From contig JAIFLS010000146.1 of assembly GCA_020048935.1 (NCBI GenBank), forward strand, positions 1 through 44,109: 44,109 bases of DNA, given 5' to 3'. How positions within the stretch are numbered: the stretch's first letter is position 1; each line of letters starts with the position of its first letter. Shown here in pieces: positions 26,262-34,799 of this stretch. The position numbers and the translations under genes were made by a program. This stretch comes from a bacterium (GTDB lineage: Bacteria; Verrucomicrobiota; Kiritimatiellia; UBA8416). Under the pieces are notes generated by a model. The model was not told the origin of the DNA and did not search any database. It saw nothing but the letters and a program-made list of their open reading frames with translations.

Positions 26262-26932
26262 AAATGTCTGGTGTAATAAAACGAGAGGGGTGCGTGACTG
26301 TTTGGTTGGTCGTGCTCTTCCTGGGGGGGGGCGGGGCTGTGACGCTCAAGGCGAACGAGGCGGTTCCGGAATGGAGCCTGGCCACGCGGATGTATGGCGA
26401 CGAGAAGGCGCGCCGCGTCGGCGATTTCGTGACGGTGGTGATCGAGGAGAAATCCAGCGCGAACAAGGCGGCGCAAAGCAGTTCGGCGAAAACGACAACC
26501 GGGGGAGGAAGTGCTTCGGTCGGAACCCCGTACTATACGAAAGAGACCAAGGAAGGCGAAGAGACCGTCCGTGGCCCTTGGACTCGGGCGACGCTCCCGT
26601 CATTTGAGTGGCAAATGGCGAGCGATTTCTCGGGAGGTGGCAAGACCAGTAGCGAGGAGGATCTCTCCTCGACGCTGACGGCCCGTGTATTGGATGTGCT
26701 GCCCAATGGCAACCTGCTGCTGGAGGGGCGCCGTGTCGTGCAGTTGCAGGAGGAAAAGGTGGAGGTGGTTCTGACCGGGATGGTGCGACAGCGCGATATC
26801 GCCTCCGATAACTCGGTTTCTTCCTCCCGTCTGGCGGATGCGTCGATTCGCTATGAAACCGCCGGCCCGCTGAGCCGCGACCAGAAGCGCGGTTTGCTCA
26901 CACGCATGGTCAATTGGCTGAATCCGTTTTAG
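26258..26932 (+). CDS. flgH: L-ring protein FlgH
   Basis: DEKARRVGDFVTVVIEE, VLPNGNLLLEG, LTGMVRQRDI, SSRLADASIRY, WLNPF. Confidence 0.94.
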   Translation: MKMSGVIKREGCVTVWLVVLFLGGGGAVTLKANEAVPEWSLATRMYGDEKARRVGDFVTVVIEEKSSANKAAQSSSAKTTTGGGSASVGTPYYTKETKEGEETVRGPWTRATLPSFEWQMASDFSGGGKTSSEEDLSSTLTARVLDVLPNGNLLLEGRRVVQLQEEKVEVVLTGMVRQRDIASDNSVSSSRLADASIRYETAGPLSRDQKRGLLTRMVNWLNPF

Positions 26933-26949
26933 CAGCCTGCCTCAATCAC

Positions 26950-26965
26950 TGGCATGAGGGCTGCT
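26950..26965 (+). promoter_or_regulatory. sigma54 promoter of flgIJNK
   Basis: TGGCATGAGGGCTGCT in the flgH-flgI gap. Confidence 0.78.
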
Positions 26966-27047
26966 TAAACCGGGCAAGAGGGAGATGATCATGACAAGAG
27001 GACAGCATTCAGCAGTGAGCGTGGCAGCGGCCGGGGGGAGTGCGAAT

Positions 27048-28169
27048 ATGGATGTGTTGCGTGTGGCCTTCATGTCACTGCTGCTGGCGGTCTCGCTGGT
27101 TCCGTTGAATGCACAGGGGACGTCGCTTTCGCGCATCAAGGATATTGCCCGCATTGTCGGTCTCGATGATCTTGAACTGGTGGGTTACGGTCTGGTGATT
27201 GGGCTAGGCGCGAGTGGCGATCGGGATCTGACGATGACGCAGCAGACGATGGCGAATCTGCTCAATCAGTTTCAGATCACGGTCCCTCCTTCGGAAATCA
27301 ACGGCCAGAATGTGGCAGCAGTCATTGTTACCGCCCGTGTAAAACCCTTTTATCACGAGGGTGATCGTGTTGATGTCCAGGTGTTGTCGATCGGCGATGC
27401 CGCCTCACTTGTTGGCGGTACGCTTCTGATGACCCCGCTTCTGGCACCGGATGGGAAAGTCTCCGCTCTGGCTCAAGGCTCGTTGACGGTGGGGGGGTTT
27501 AGCATTGGTGCCGATGTGCCGGGGGGGCAGCAACTCAGCCGCAATACGCCTACATCCGGGCGTGTCCCTGGTGGGGCGGCGTTACGCTCATCCGACCGCC
27601 GTGCGTGGGCTCGCGATGGGGTGCTGACGCTGTCATTGCGGCATCCTGATTTCAGTACCGCCACGCGTGTCGCGTCGGCAATTAATGCCGTACACCCTGG
27701 CGTTGCCGGTGCCCGTGATGCAGCCACCGTTGATGTCCGTGTGCCAGAGAATTCCCTGGAGATGGGGCGTGTCGCCGTGTTTGTCGCCAGTATTGAGAAT
27801 GCGCGAGTGCAAACCGATATGCAGGCGAAGCTGCTGCTGAATGAACGCACCGGTACGATTGTCATCGGCGGTGATATCTATATTCACCCGGCCGTGGTGG
27901 CGCACGGCAATCTGACCGTTTCAATCAAGTCGCGCCTTTCGGTCTCGCAGCCGGAACCCTTCTCGCAGGGGCAGACGGCCGCGATTGAAGATGTGCAGAT
28001 CGGCGTGAAGCAGGATGATGCCCGCGTCATGATGCTGCCGGAAGTGACCACGGTACAAAGGTTGGCAGACACCTTGACTCAGATGGGTGGGACGCCGCAG
28101 GACTTGATCTCGATTCTCCAGGCTTTGCATCGACTGGGAGCGCTACAGGTGGAAATCGAGACGATGTGA
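27048..28169 (+). CDS. flgI: P-ring protein FlgI
   Basis: RIKDIA, LVGYGLVIGL, NVAAVIVTA, GGTLLMTPL, NERTGTIVIG, DLISILQAL. Start 27048 preferred (GGAG RBS, signal peptide); 26985 or 26991 also possible. Confidence 0.95.
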   Translation: MDVLRVAFMSLLLAVSLVPLNAQGTSLSRIKDIARIVGLDDLELVGYGLVIGLGASGDRDLTMTQQTMANLLNQFQITVPPSEINGQNVAAVIVTARVKPFYHEGDRVDVQVLSIGDAASLVGGTLLMTPLLAPDGKVSALAQGSLTVGGFSIGADVPGGQQLSRNTPTSGRVPGGAALRSSDRRAWARDGVLTLSLRHPDFSTATRVASAINAVHPGVAGARDAATVDVRVPENSLEMGRVAVFVASIENARVQTDMQAKLLLNERTGTIVIGGDIYIHPAVVAHGNLTVSIKSRLSVSQPEPFSQGQTAAIEDVQIGVKQDDARVMMLPEVTTVQRLADTLTQMGGTPQDLISILQALHRLGALQVEIETM

Positions 28170-28181
28170 GGGAGGGCGCAG

Positions 28182-28484
28182 ATGGATATTCAAATCAATG
28201 CCGTGAGCGAAGACGTACCGCAAACTCGCTCGGAAAACAAGGCTCCTGCGGATTTGCGGGCGGCCTGCCAGCAGTTCGAAGGTCTGTTGGTGGGTATGAT
28301 TTTAAAAGAAAGTTTGCGCGTATCATTCAGTGAGCCGGATGAAGATTCCGCAACCGGGTTGGACGGATTCCGCGATTTCTGCATCGAACAGGTGTCGGCG
28401 TCATTGGCCGAGACCTCATCGCTGGGCATTGCCGACCAGTTGCTGGCGCAGGTTGATGTTCGAGAGAAGAGGGAGAAAATATGA
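28182..28484 (+). CDS. flgJ: FlgJ, rod-binding domain only
   Basis: LRAACQQFEGLLVGMILKE and SLGIADQL; no muramidase domain. Confidence 0.82.
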   Translation: MDIQINAVSEDVPQTRSENKAPADLRAACQQFEGLLVGMILKESLRVSFSEPDEDSATGLDGFRDFCIEQVSASLAETSSLGIADQLLAQVDVREKREKI

Positions 28485-28870
28485 GTATGTTGGAAGCCCG
28501 TGAACGGGCCTTGGCCGTTCTTGAACGGCTCTTCGAGGTTTCCAGCGATTTGCGGGATGCCATGCTTGCCCGGGATACGGAGCGGATCCAGCAGGTGGTG
28601 GCTCGGCAAGACGAGCTTCGTTTGCTTGCCCTGCCGTCGCCCGCCCTTTCGGAAGATCAGTTGAAGGCGGATCCGGAGGTGGCCTCCTTGGCGAATCGCC
28701 TGCATCGGCTTCAGGAGTCCAATCGCCTATTGGCGGCCGCATTCCTGGGTATCTATCGCAATACCTTTAATGCGCTTGCGGGAAAAACGCCCGATACCGG
28801 TCTTTATGGACGTAGCGGGAATCTGCTGTCGATCCCCCGGTCCTCGATGTTGGTGCGGCAGGCAGGATGA
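28481..28870 (+). CDS. flgN: Export chaperone FlgN
   Basis: Helical; LQESNRLL and YGRSG near the C-terminus; sits before flgK. Confidence 0.72.
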   Translation: MSMLEARERALAVLERLFEVSSDLRDAMLARDTERIQQVVARQDELRLLALPSPALSEDQLKADPEVASLANRLHRLQESNRLLAAAFLGIYRNTFNALAGKTPDTGLYGRSGNLLSIPRSSMLVRQAG

Positions 28871-28876
28871 TTAATT

Positions 28877-30331
28877 ATGCAACCTATCCATGATAGCTGG
28901 ACAATTGCCCGCAGCGCGATCCTGACGCATCAGCATCGACTGGCCGTGACGGCTAACAATATCGCGAATATCGATACCCCCGGCTATTCCCGCCGGACGG
29001 TAAGGCTCGGGACCGCACCGGAAACCCCGAGTGCGCTGACGCAGACGCGAACCTGGTCCAACGGGGCTGGCGTTCAGGTGTTGGATATCGTGCGTACGTC
29101 GAATCAAATGAAAAGCAATATGCTGCGCCAGCAGTTGTCCGATACCTCAGGGCACCATACCCGCGCCGATGCCCTGGGCAGCCTGGAGTCGCTGATGCGG
29201 GAGGATGACGACAGCGCACTCGGGGTCCGTCTGGATGCCTTCTGGAATGCGTGGTCTGATCTGTCGAATCAGGCCGATAATGTCGGTTTCCGGAGTGTGG
29301 TGATCCAGCGTGGCAACGAGTTGGCCAGTCATTTGCGTTCGCTTAGTAGTCGTATCGACGGTTTTGACGGCCAGATCATCGGAGGCTCGCCCGGCAATTA
29401 TACCGGGCAATTGGCAAGTGATGTAGATTCCTTCAACCGGATGACGACAGAGCTACAGGATTTGAACCGGCAGATCAGTTTCGCTTCATCGAGCTTCGAC
29501 CCCAACGCGCTGATGGACCGTCGCGACGTGTTGTTGCGTGAAATCAGTGAGTTTGCGGATGTCTCTGTTGGTTCTGACTTTTCCGTGACGCTCGATGGTC
29601 AGGCGGTTGTTTCCGGCGACGGAACGGTCCGCGCCGATCTCGAAATCACGGACGCAGGTCCGCCGCCGCTCTTTGCGCTTGATGGGACGGCGGTCACGCT
29701 TTCCTCCGGTCACATCGGTGCCTGGGTTGATGTATTGGGGATCTCGACGGTGATGAGCGATCGGCTTGACCTGCTTGCTGTTGATCTGGCCGATGCAGTC
29801 AACCGTATCCATAATAGTGATCTCAATCCTGCTGGCGACAGTTACGATCTTACAGGGCAGCGGTGCGATTGGAATTTCTTTACGGCCACATCGGCTGCCG
29901 ATATCGCTGTCAACACGATCATTTATGACCCGGCAAACCCGATGCAAATGAACCCCAGTTTAATAGCCGCGGCCGGAAGTATATATGATGATGGACTAGG
30001 GACAACAGGGCCGAATACGGCTGACGGCGCACGTGCACTCCAGATTGCCGATCTTGCCGATGCCACCCGTAGCGCACTCAATGCGCAGGGTTTTGGTGCC
30101 TTTCATGTCACGGGGCTGACGCTGCTCGGTAGCATTATTTCCACCGAACGAACGCTGGGGGATAATGGCGATGCCATTATCGGGGCCATTGAGGATGACC
30201 TTCAATCCGAGATTGGCGTCAATCTTGATGAAGAACTGATGGACATGATGGCGGCGCAGCGGGCATTCCAGGCTGGGACCAGGCTCTTGCAAACGGTGGA
30301 TGAAATGATGCAGACCATTTTGAAAATATAG
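28877..30331 (+). CDS. flgK: Hook-associated protein FlgK
   Basis: NNIANIDTPGYSRR, FWNAWSDLSN, LMDRRD, GVNLDEE. Confidence 0.95.
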   Translation: MQPIHDSWTIARSAILTHQHRLAVTANNIANIDTPGYSRRTVRLGTAPETPSALTQTRTWSNGAGVQVLDIVRTSNQMKSNMLRQQLSDTSGHHTRADALGSLESLMREDDDSALGVRLDAFWNAWSDLSNQADNVGFRSVVIQRGNELASHLRSLSSRIDGFDGQIIGGSPGNYTGQLASDVDSFNRMTTELQDLNRQISFASSSFDPNALMDRRDVLLREISEFADVSVGSDFSVTLDGQAVVSGDGTVRADLEITDAGPPPLFALDGTAVTLSSGHIGAWVDVLGISTVMSDRLDLLAVDLADAVNRIHNSDLNPAGDSYDLTGQRCDWNFFTATSAADIAVNTIIYDPANPMQMNPSLIAAAGSIYDDGLGTTGPNTADGARALQIADLADATRSALNAQGFGAFHVTGLTLLGSIISTERTLGDNGDAIIGAIEDDLQSEIGVNLDEELMDMMAAQRAFQAGTRLLQTVDEMMQTILKI

Positions 30332-30361
30332 CAGAACGCAAACTCGAATCAGGAGGAAAAG

Positions 30362-30517
30362 ATGAAGGCAATCATTAAGCAAGAAGAGAATTTGAAATCC
30401 AAGGTAACGGTCAAGAAAAGCACGGTGGCTACCGACTGCTTGCAACAGGCGGCCGATTGGCTGGGGCTCTACAGTCGTATTCTGGAAAACCTGCAGATGG
30501 CGAGGGTCGCCCGGTGA
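30362..30517 (+). CDS. 51-aa small protein (below the ORF-track cutoff)
   Basis: AGGAGG RBS; MKAIIKQEENLKSKVTVKKSTVATDCLQQAADWLGLYSRILENLQMARVAR; its stop overlaps the GTG of the next ORF. Confidence 0.6.
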   Translation: MKAIIKQEENLKSKVTVKKSTVATDCLQQAADWLGLYSRILENLQMARVAR

Positions 30518-31230
30518 GAGCACCCGGCGAGAACGCAGATACATCATCATGCAGTACATCCCGCCCGACGGTTATTTGCTGGCTGGATGATGTGCTTTAT
30601 CCCGCGCGCATGTATCATGCGGGCGCCTGTCGTGCCGGGGCGGGATTGCTGCGCCGCCTGATCGGCGTCGATATGCATGAGGCCCTTTCGGCTTGCTATA
30701 TTCCGGGACGGGAAGAGGATACTGTACGCAAGGTTCTTTCAGGCGTCGGCACAAAAACCGATGAACGGCTCGTCCGCAAGGTTGCCGAGGCCATGGCTGT
30801 ACATACACCGCAGGTTGCACCCTATGAGGATGCGCTTGAGACCTTTGGAATTCTGCAGGCGCTAGGAATCTCACTCTGGTTGATTGGCGAAGGCCCGCCA
30901 CGCGCACAGCGCATGGTTGCTGATCGACTGGGGATTGGCCGCGTGTTTCAGGGGGTGGCTTATTCGGATCCTTTCCAGAGTAAGTACGAATGGCAGGATT
31001 CTCTTATGTTACTGGAACTCGCCGCTGGAGTGGAGGCCGAACAGTCCGTGCTGGTGTGTGCAGATCCGGTCCGCGTGGCCGCCATCGCGAAACAGGGCAG
31101 GCGTGTCTATTACCTTGATCGACAGGCGGATTCAAACGTTCACCGCCCGCAGGTGCCTAACGTGATCCCGATGCTGAACCTATACGACCTGCCGGAAGCG
31201 CTGGGGTTAGTGGCTTGGGATCTGCATTGA
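30514..31230 (+). CDS. HAD-fold protein with degenerate catalytic motifs
   Basis: VICWLDDVLY (motif I-like), PYEDALETF..L...G, LIGEG, VLVCAD; start placed at GTG 30514. Confidence 0.65.
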   Translation: MRAPGENADTSSCSTSRPTVICWLDDVLYPARMYHAGACRAGAGLLRRLIGVDMHEALSACYIPGREEDTVRKVLSGVGTKTDERLVRKVAEAMAVHTPQVAPYEDALETFGILQALGISLWLIGEGPPRAQRMVADRLGIGRVFQGVAYSDPFQSKYEWQDSLMLLELAAGVEAEQSVLVCADPVRVAAIAKQGRRVYYLDRQADSNVHRPQVPNVIPMLNLYDLPEALGLVAWDLH

Positions 31231-31241
31231 CGCACTCCGTT

Positions 31242-31258
31242 TGTCGCAATATGCGACA
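31242..31258. promoter_or_regulatory. Palindromic upstream activator site for a sigma54 activator
   Basis: TGTCGCA-ATA-TGCGACA, about 120-140 bp upstream of the predicted rpoN start site. Confidence 0.65.
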
Positions 31259-31313
31259 GGAATCATACGGTCCGATGCGGATGCCTTTTTTCAGCAAAAC
31301 GTAATGTATTGTT

Positions 31314-31326
31314 AATCAAATATTTG
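31314..31326 (+). promoter_or_regulatory. IHF binding site
   Basis: AATCAA-ATAT-TTG matches WATCAA-N4-TTR; in an AT-rich tract between the palindrome and the promoter. Confidence 0.65.
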
Positions 31327-31353
31327 CGATATTTAATCAGCAACGTTAAAGGT

Positions 31354-31369
31354 TGGCACGCATATTGCA
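31354..31369 (+). promoter_or_regulatory. sigma54 promoter of rpoN
   Basis: TGGCACGCATATTGCA, full consensus. Confidence 0.88.
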
Positions 31370-31420
31370 TTGGTAATCGTCAGCGAAGTGTTGTTAATTA
31401 CTCTTTGATTGGCGGGAACC

Positions 31421-32959
31421 ATGAATATAAATTTCAACTTGTCCGGTAATGTCTCCCAGCAGCAGCAGCTTAATCTGGCACCACAACTGCTGCAATGGCT
31501 GCGCCTTCTTCAGGTGCCGGCGCAGCATCTGGAACAGATGGTTCGAAGTGAGATTGAAACCAATCCCGCGCTGGAAGTTGATGAGAGTGCCCCCGCCGCA
31601 CCGGATGACGCCGACCTTTGCGCCGAGCCGTCCGCGGATGTGCGTGACGCGGATTCCGAGCGTGAAGGCAGGGAATTGGAGGAGCGTTTTGAGATCCTTG
31701 CTGAAATCGATTCGCAATGGGCGGATGAAAACCGCAATATGGCGGGCGAGGACATCGGTCGCACGCAGGATCGGATCGACTATCAGTTGCAGTCACTGGC
31801 GTCTGCCTCTTCCCTCCAGGAACATCTTCTTCGTCAGTTGGCGGTGATGAATCGGCCGGATGTCCTAAAGGTCAATGCGGGATTAATTGTTGGAATGCTG
31901 GATGAGCGCGGCTATCTGGACGTCTCGCTGGATGAATTGGCTGAAGAGCTCGCGATTGCGGTTGAGATGGTGGAGGATTCCCTCGCGGTGGTTCAGGAAT
32001 GTGATCCGATTGGCGTTGGTGCCCGTGACTTGCGTGAATGTCTCCTCTTGCAGCTATCGCCGACGGACGACGCCCATGTGGTAGCCCGGAGGATCGTATC
32101 TCGCTATATCGAGGCGCTGGCGCGTGGGCAGCTTGATGGCATCGCCCGTCAGTTGGGGGTGTCTTTGGCCGAGGTTGAGTCAGCAGTAAAGCTGATCCGC
32201 ACGCTTAACCCGACTCCCGGCAAGACGTTTGAAGAGCAGAAGATGGTTACGCAGACGGTGACTCCCGATATTGCCATCCGGCGCAACGCGGAGGGGGGCT
32301 TTGATATTGAATTGGTTGAACAGTCGCTGCCGCGACTGCGCATCAGCCCTTATTGCCGACGCATGATCGAGCAGGGCGGCTTGTCAAAAACGGATTTGGC
32401 CTATATTCGTTCCCGTATCCGTGCCGCCTCTTTCCTGATAGAGGGACTTGAAAAACGCGGGTCGACATTGCGGCGCATTGCAGAGGAGATTATCCGCGGC
32501 CAGCACCGCTTCCTGCGGGGGGAGGAAAGCGAGATCCGGCCCCTGACCATGGCCAAGGTGGCGAGCTTTATCGGGGTGCATGACACCACCGTCAGCCGTG
32601 CCCTGGCTGACAAGTATGTCGCCACGCCGGTTGGCGTGTTGCCCATGAAAGCGTTTTTCTGCACCGGATATCGGTGCGATGATGGCAGTGCCATGACCCC
32701 GGAAATGGTGCGGCGACGCATCGGGCAGATGATTCTCGATGAAGAACCCGGAAAACCGATCAAGGACGAATGTATTGCTGCGCAGTTGCGTGAAAGTGGT
32801 GTTGCGGTAGCCCGTCGTACGGTTGCCAAATATAGAGGGGAATTGGGGTTGCCCTCTTCAAAGGAACGTGCGCAGGCACGCCGCCAGGGCCTACGGGTTA
32901 TCCATGGCTCCGGCAAGCCTCCTGCAGGCATGGAACCGGTGGCGGTGGCTTTTGGATAA
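31421..32959 (+). CDS. rpoN: RNA polymerase sigma54 factor
   Basis: Gln/Leu-rich region I, GVGARDLRECLLLQL, HDTTVSRA, RpoN box ARRTVAKYR. Confidence 0.97.
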   Translation: MNINFNLSGNVSQQQQLNLAPQLLQWLRLLQVPAQHLEQMVRSEIETNPALEVDESAPAAPDDADLCAEPSADVRDADSEREGRELEERFEILAEIDSQWADENRNMAGEDIGRTQDRIDYQLQSLASASSLQEHLLRQLAVMNRPDVLKVNAGLIVGMLDERGYLDVSLDELAEELAIAVEMVEDSLAVVQECDPIGVGARDLRECLLLQLSPTDDAHVVARRIVSRYIEALARGQLDGIARQLGVSLAEVESAVKLIRTLNPTPGKTFEEQKMVTQTVTPDIAIRRNAEGGFDIELVEQSLPRLRISPYCRRMIEQGGLSKTDLAYIRSRIRAASFLIEGLEKRGSTLRRIAEEIIRGQHRFLRGEESEIRPLTMAKVASFIGVHDTTVSRALADKYVATPVGVLPMKAFFCTGYRCDDGSAMTPEMVRRRIGQMILDEEPGKPIKDECIAAQLRESGVAVARRTVAKYRGELGLPSSKERAQARRQGLRVIHGSGKPPAGMEPVAVAFG

Positions 32960-32981
32960 GCATTTGGAGAACGCTGGCGTG

Positions 32982-33698
32982 ATGAACGTAGCCATTATAC
33001 CGGCACGCGGTGGCAGCGAACGGATTCCTCTCAAGAACATCCGGGATTTCTGCGGGAAACCGATGCTGGCCTGGTCGATAGAATCGGCGCTGCAAAGCCG
33101 TTGTTTCGCACGCGTTATCGTTTCAACCGATAACGAGGAAATTGCCGATGTGGCCAGGCATTATGGTGCTGAAGTCCCGTTTCTGCGGCCGCGTTTGCTG
33201 TCCGATGCACACACGGGATTAGAGGCCGTTCTCTGGCACGGGGTTGAATGGCTGGATGCGGCAGGAATGGATCTGAACTATGTCTGCTGTGTTTTTGCAA
33301 CCGCGCCATTCGTGACATCCGCGGCGCTACGGGACGGCTTGGCTGCACTTGAGCGGGCACCGCTCCGCCAGTTCTCACTTTCCGTGACCAGCTATCCGTT
33401 CCCGGTTCAGCGCGCCGTCCGGATGACCGCCGATGGTGGCGTCCAACCTTTATATCCTGAATTCATGAAAACCCGGTCGCAGGATTTGGAAGGTGCGTTT
33501 CACGAGGCCGGTCAATTTTTCTGGGCACGACCCGAGGCGTTACGCCAGCGGCTCCCGGTCTATGCGCCGGGCGCGTCGGTTCCGGTTGTGATTCCGCGTT
33601 GGCGGGTCCAGGATATTGACACAATGGAAGACTGGGCGCAGGCGGAACTCCTATTCCGCGCATTAAGGACGGTGTCGGATAATGCGAATTGCATTTAG
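32982..33698 (+). CDS. pseF: Pseudaminic acid cytidylyltransferase
   Basis: AIIPARGGSERIPLKNI, VSTD, ATAPF, RSQDL, AGQFFW, VQDIDT.EDW. Confidence 0.88.
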   Translation: MNVAIIPARGGSERIPLKNIRDFCGKPMLAWSIESALQSRCFARVIVSTDNEEIADVARHYGAEVPFLRPRLLSDAHTGLEAVLWHGVEWLDAAGMDLNYVCCVFATAPFVTSAALRDGLAALERAPLRQFSLSVTSYPFPVQRAVRMTADGGVQPLYPEFMKTRSQDLEGAFHEAGQFFWARPEALRQRLPVYAPGASVPVVIPRWRVQDIDTMEDWAQAELLFRALRTVSDNANCI

Positions 33699-34758
33699 AA
33701 CCGATGCTTCTGTCAAGATCGGGGTCGGGCATGTAGTCCGGTGCCTGAATCTGGCTCGGGCATTGCGAGCGCAAGGGGAGCAGGTTTCATTCCTGTGCCG
33801 GGAGACCGAGGGGCATGCCGGACCGCTGATTGCCGAAAACGGCTTTCCGGTACATCTGCTTGCGGTCACGGACCGCGACGGGATACATCATCCGCATGGG
33901 CAGGGTGCCTGGGGGCGGCGCGAGGCGTTGATGGATGTCGATGCGTGCTGCTTGCATTTGAAAGATCAACTGGACTGGTTGGTCGTTGACCATTATGGAT
34001 TAGACGCCTGCTGGGAAACGGCAATACGAGCCAAGGCGGCGCGGGTCATGGTCATTGATGATCTTGCCGACCGCCCGCATGATTGCGAGCTGTTGCTTGA
34101 TCAGAATCTCCTGCCGTCACTTGAAACACGCTACCTCCAGCGGGTGCCCGCGCACTGTCGTTGCCTTTTGGGTCCCGGTTATGCATTGCTCGATGACGAC
34201 TTCGGCAGGTTGGCCTGCCAGGCAGGCGTACGTCACCATGTGCAGCGCCTGCTTGTCTTCTTCGGTGGAGGAGATGAAGGCAACCTGACCGCCCGTGCAT
34301 GGCGTGAATTGGATGAACTCGGGCTTGAAGGCGATGTTGTCGTCGGTAGAGCAAATCCTCATCTGCCCGAGGTGGAGTCGCTTTGCAAGAAAAATGCGTC
34401 TCGCTGGACGCTGCATGTTCAGACAAGACACATGGCTGAATTGATGCTGGACGCCGATCTGCTGATTGGTGCAGGCGGAACCACGCACTGGGAGCGCTGC
34501 CTGCTTGGCTTGCCCGCCATAACGGTTACGGTGGCCGCCAATCAGGTGCAGGTAACCGAGATGCTTGCCGCCGCGGAAACCTGTTTTTATGCTGGACCTT
34601 CAGAATTGCTCAAGGACGGCGATATTCGTCAAGTGGTTCTGCGGTTGATCGCAGATCCGTGCCAACTGGAAAAAATGAGTCGTGCGGCGTGCACAATCGT
34701 TCCTGATGGCAATGGAAAAATCAAAGTGGCAGCCGCCATGGGGGTGGTATCCGGTTGA
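33682..34758 (+). CDS. pseG: UDP-2,4-diacetamido-trideoxy-altropyranose hydrolase
   Basis: FRTDAS..IG.GHVVRCL.LA, VVDHY, IDDLADR, GAGGTT.WER. Confidence 0.9.
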   Translation: MRIAFRTDASVKIGVGHVVRCLNLARALRAQGEQVSFLCRETEGHAGPLIAENGFPVHLLAVTDRDGIHHPHGQGAWGRREALMDVDACCLHLKDQLDWLVVDHYGLDACWETAIRAKAARVMVIDDLADRPHDCELLLDQNLLPSLETRYLQRVPAHCRCLLGPGYALLDDDFGRLACQAGVRHHVQRLLVFFGGGDEGNLTARAWRELDELGLEGDVVVGRANPHLPEVESLCKKNASRWTLHVQTRHMAELMLDADLLIGAGGTTHWERCLLGLPAITVTVAANQVQVTEMLAAAETCFYAGPSELLKDGDIRQVVLRLIADPCQLEKMSRAACTIVPDGNGKIKVAAAMGVVSG

Positions 34759-34799
34759 GGCGCGAGCCCCGCTGCTGGGGTCAAAATGAATGGGAAAAT

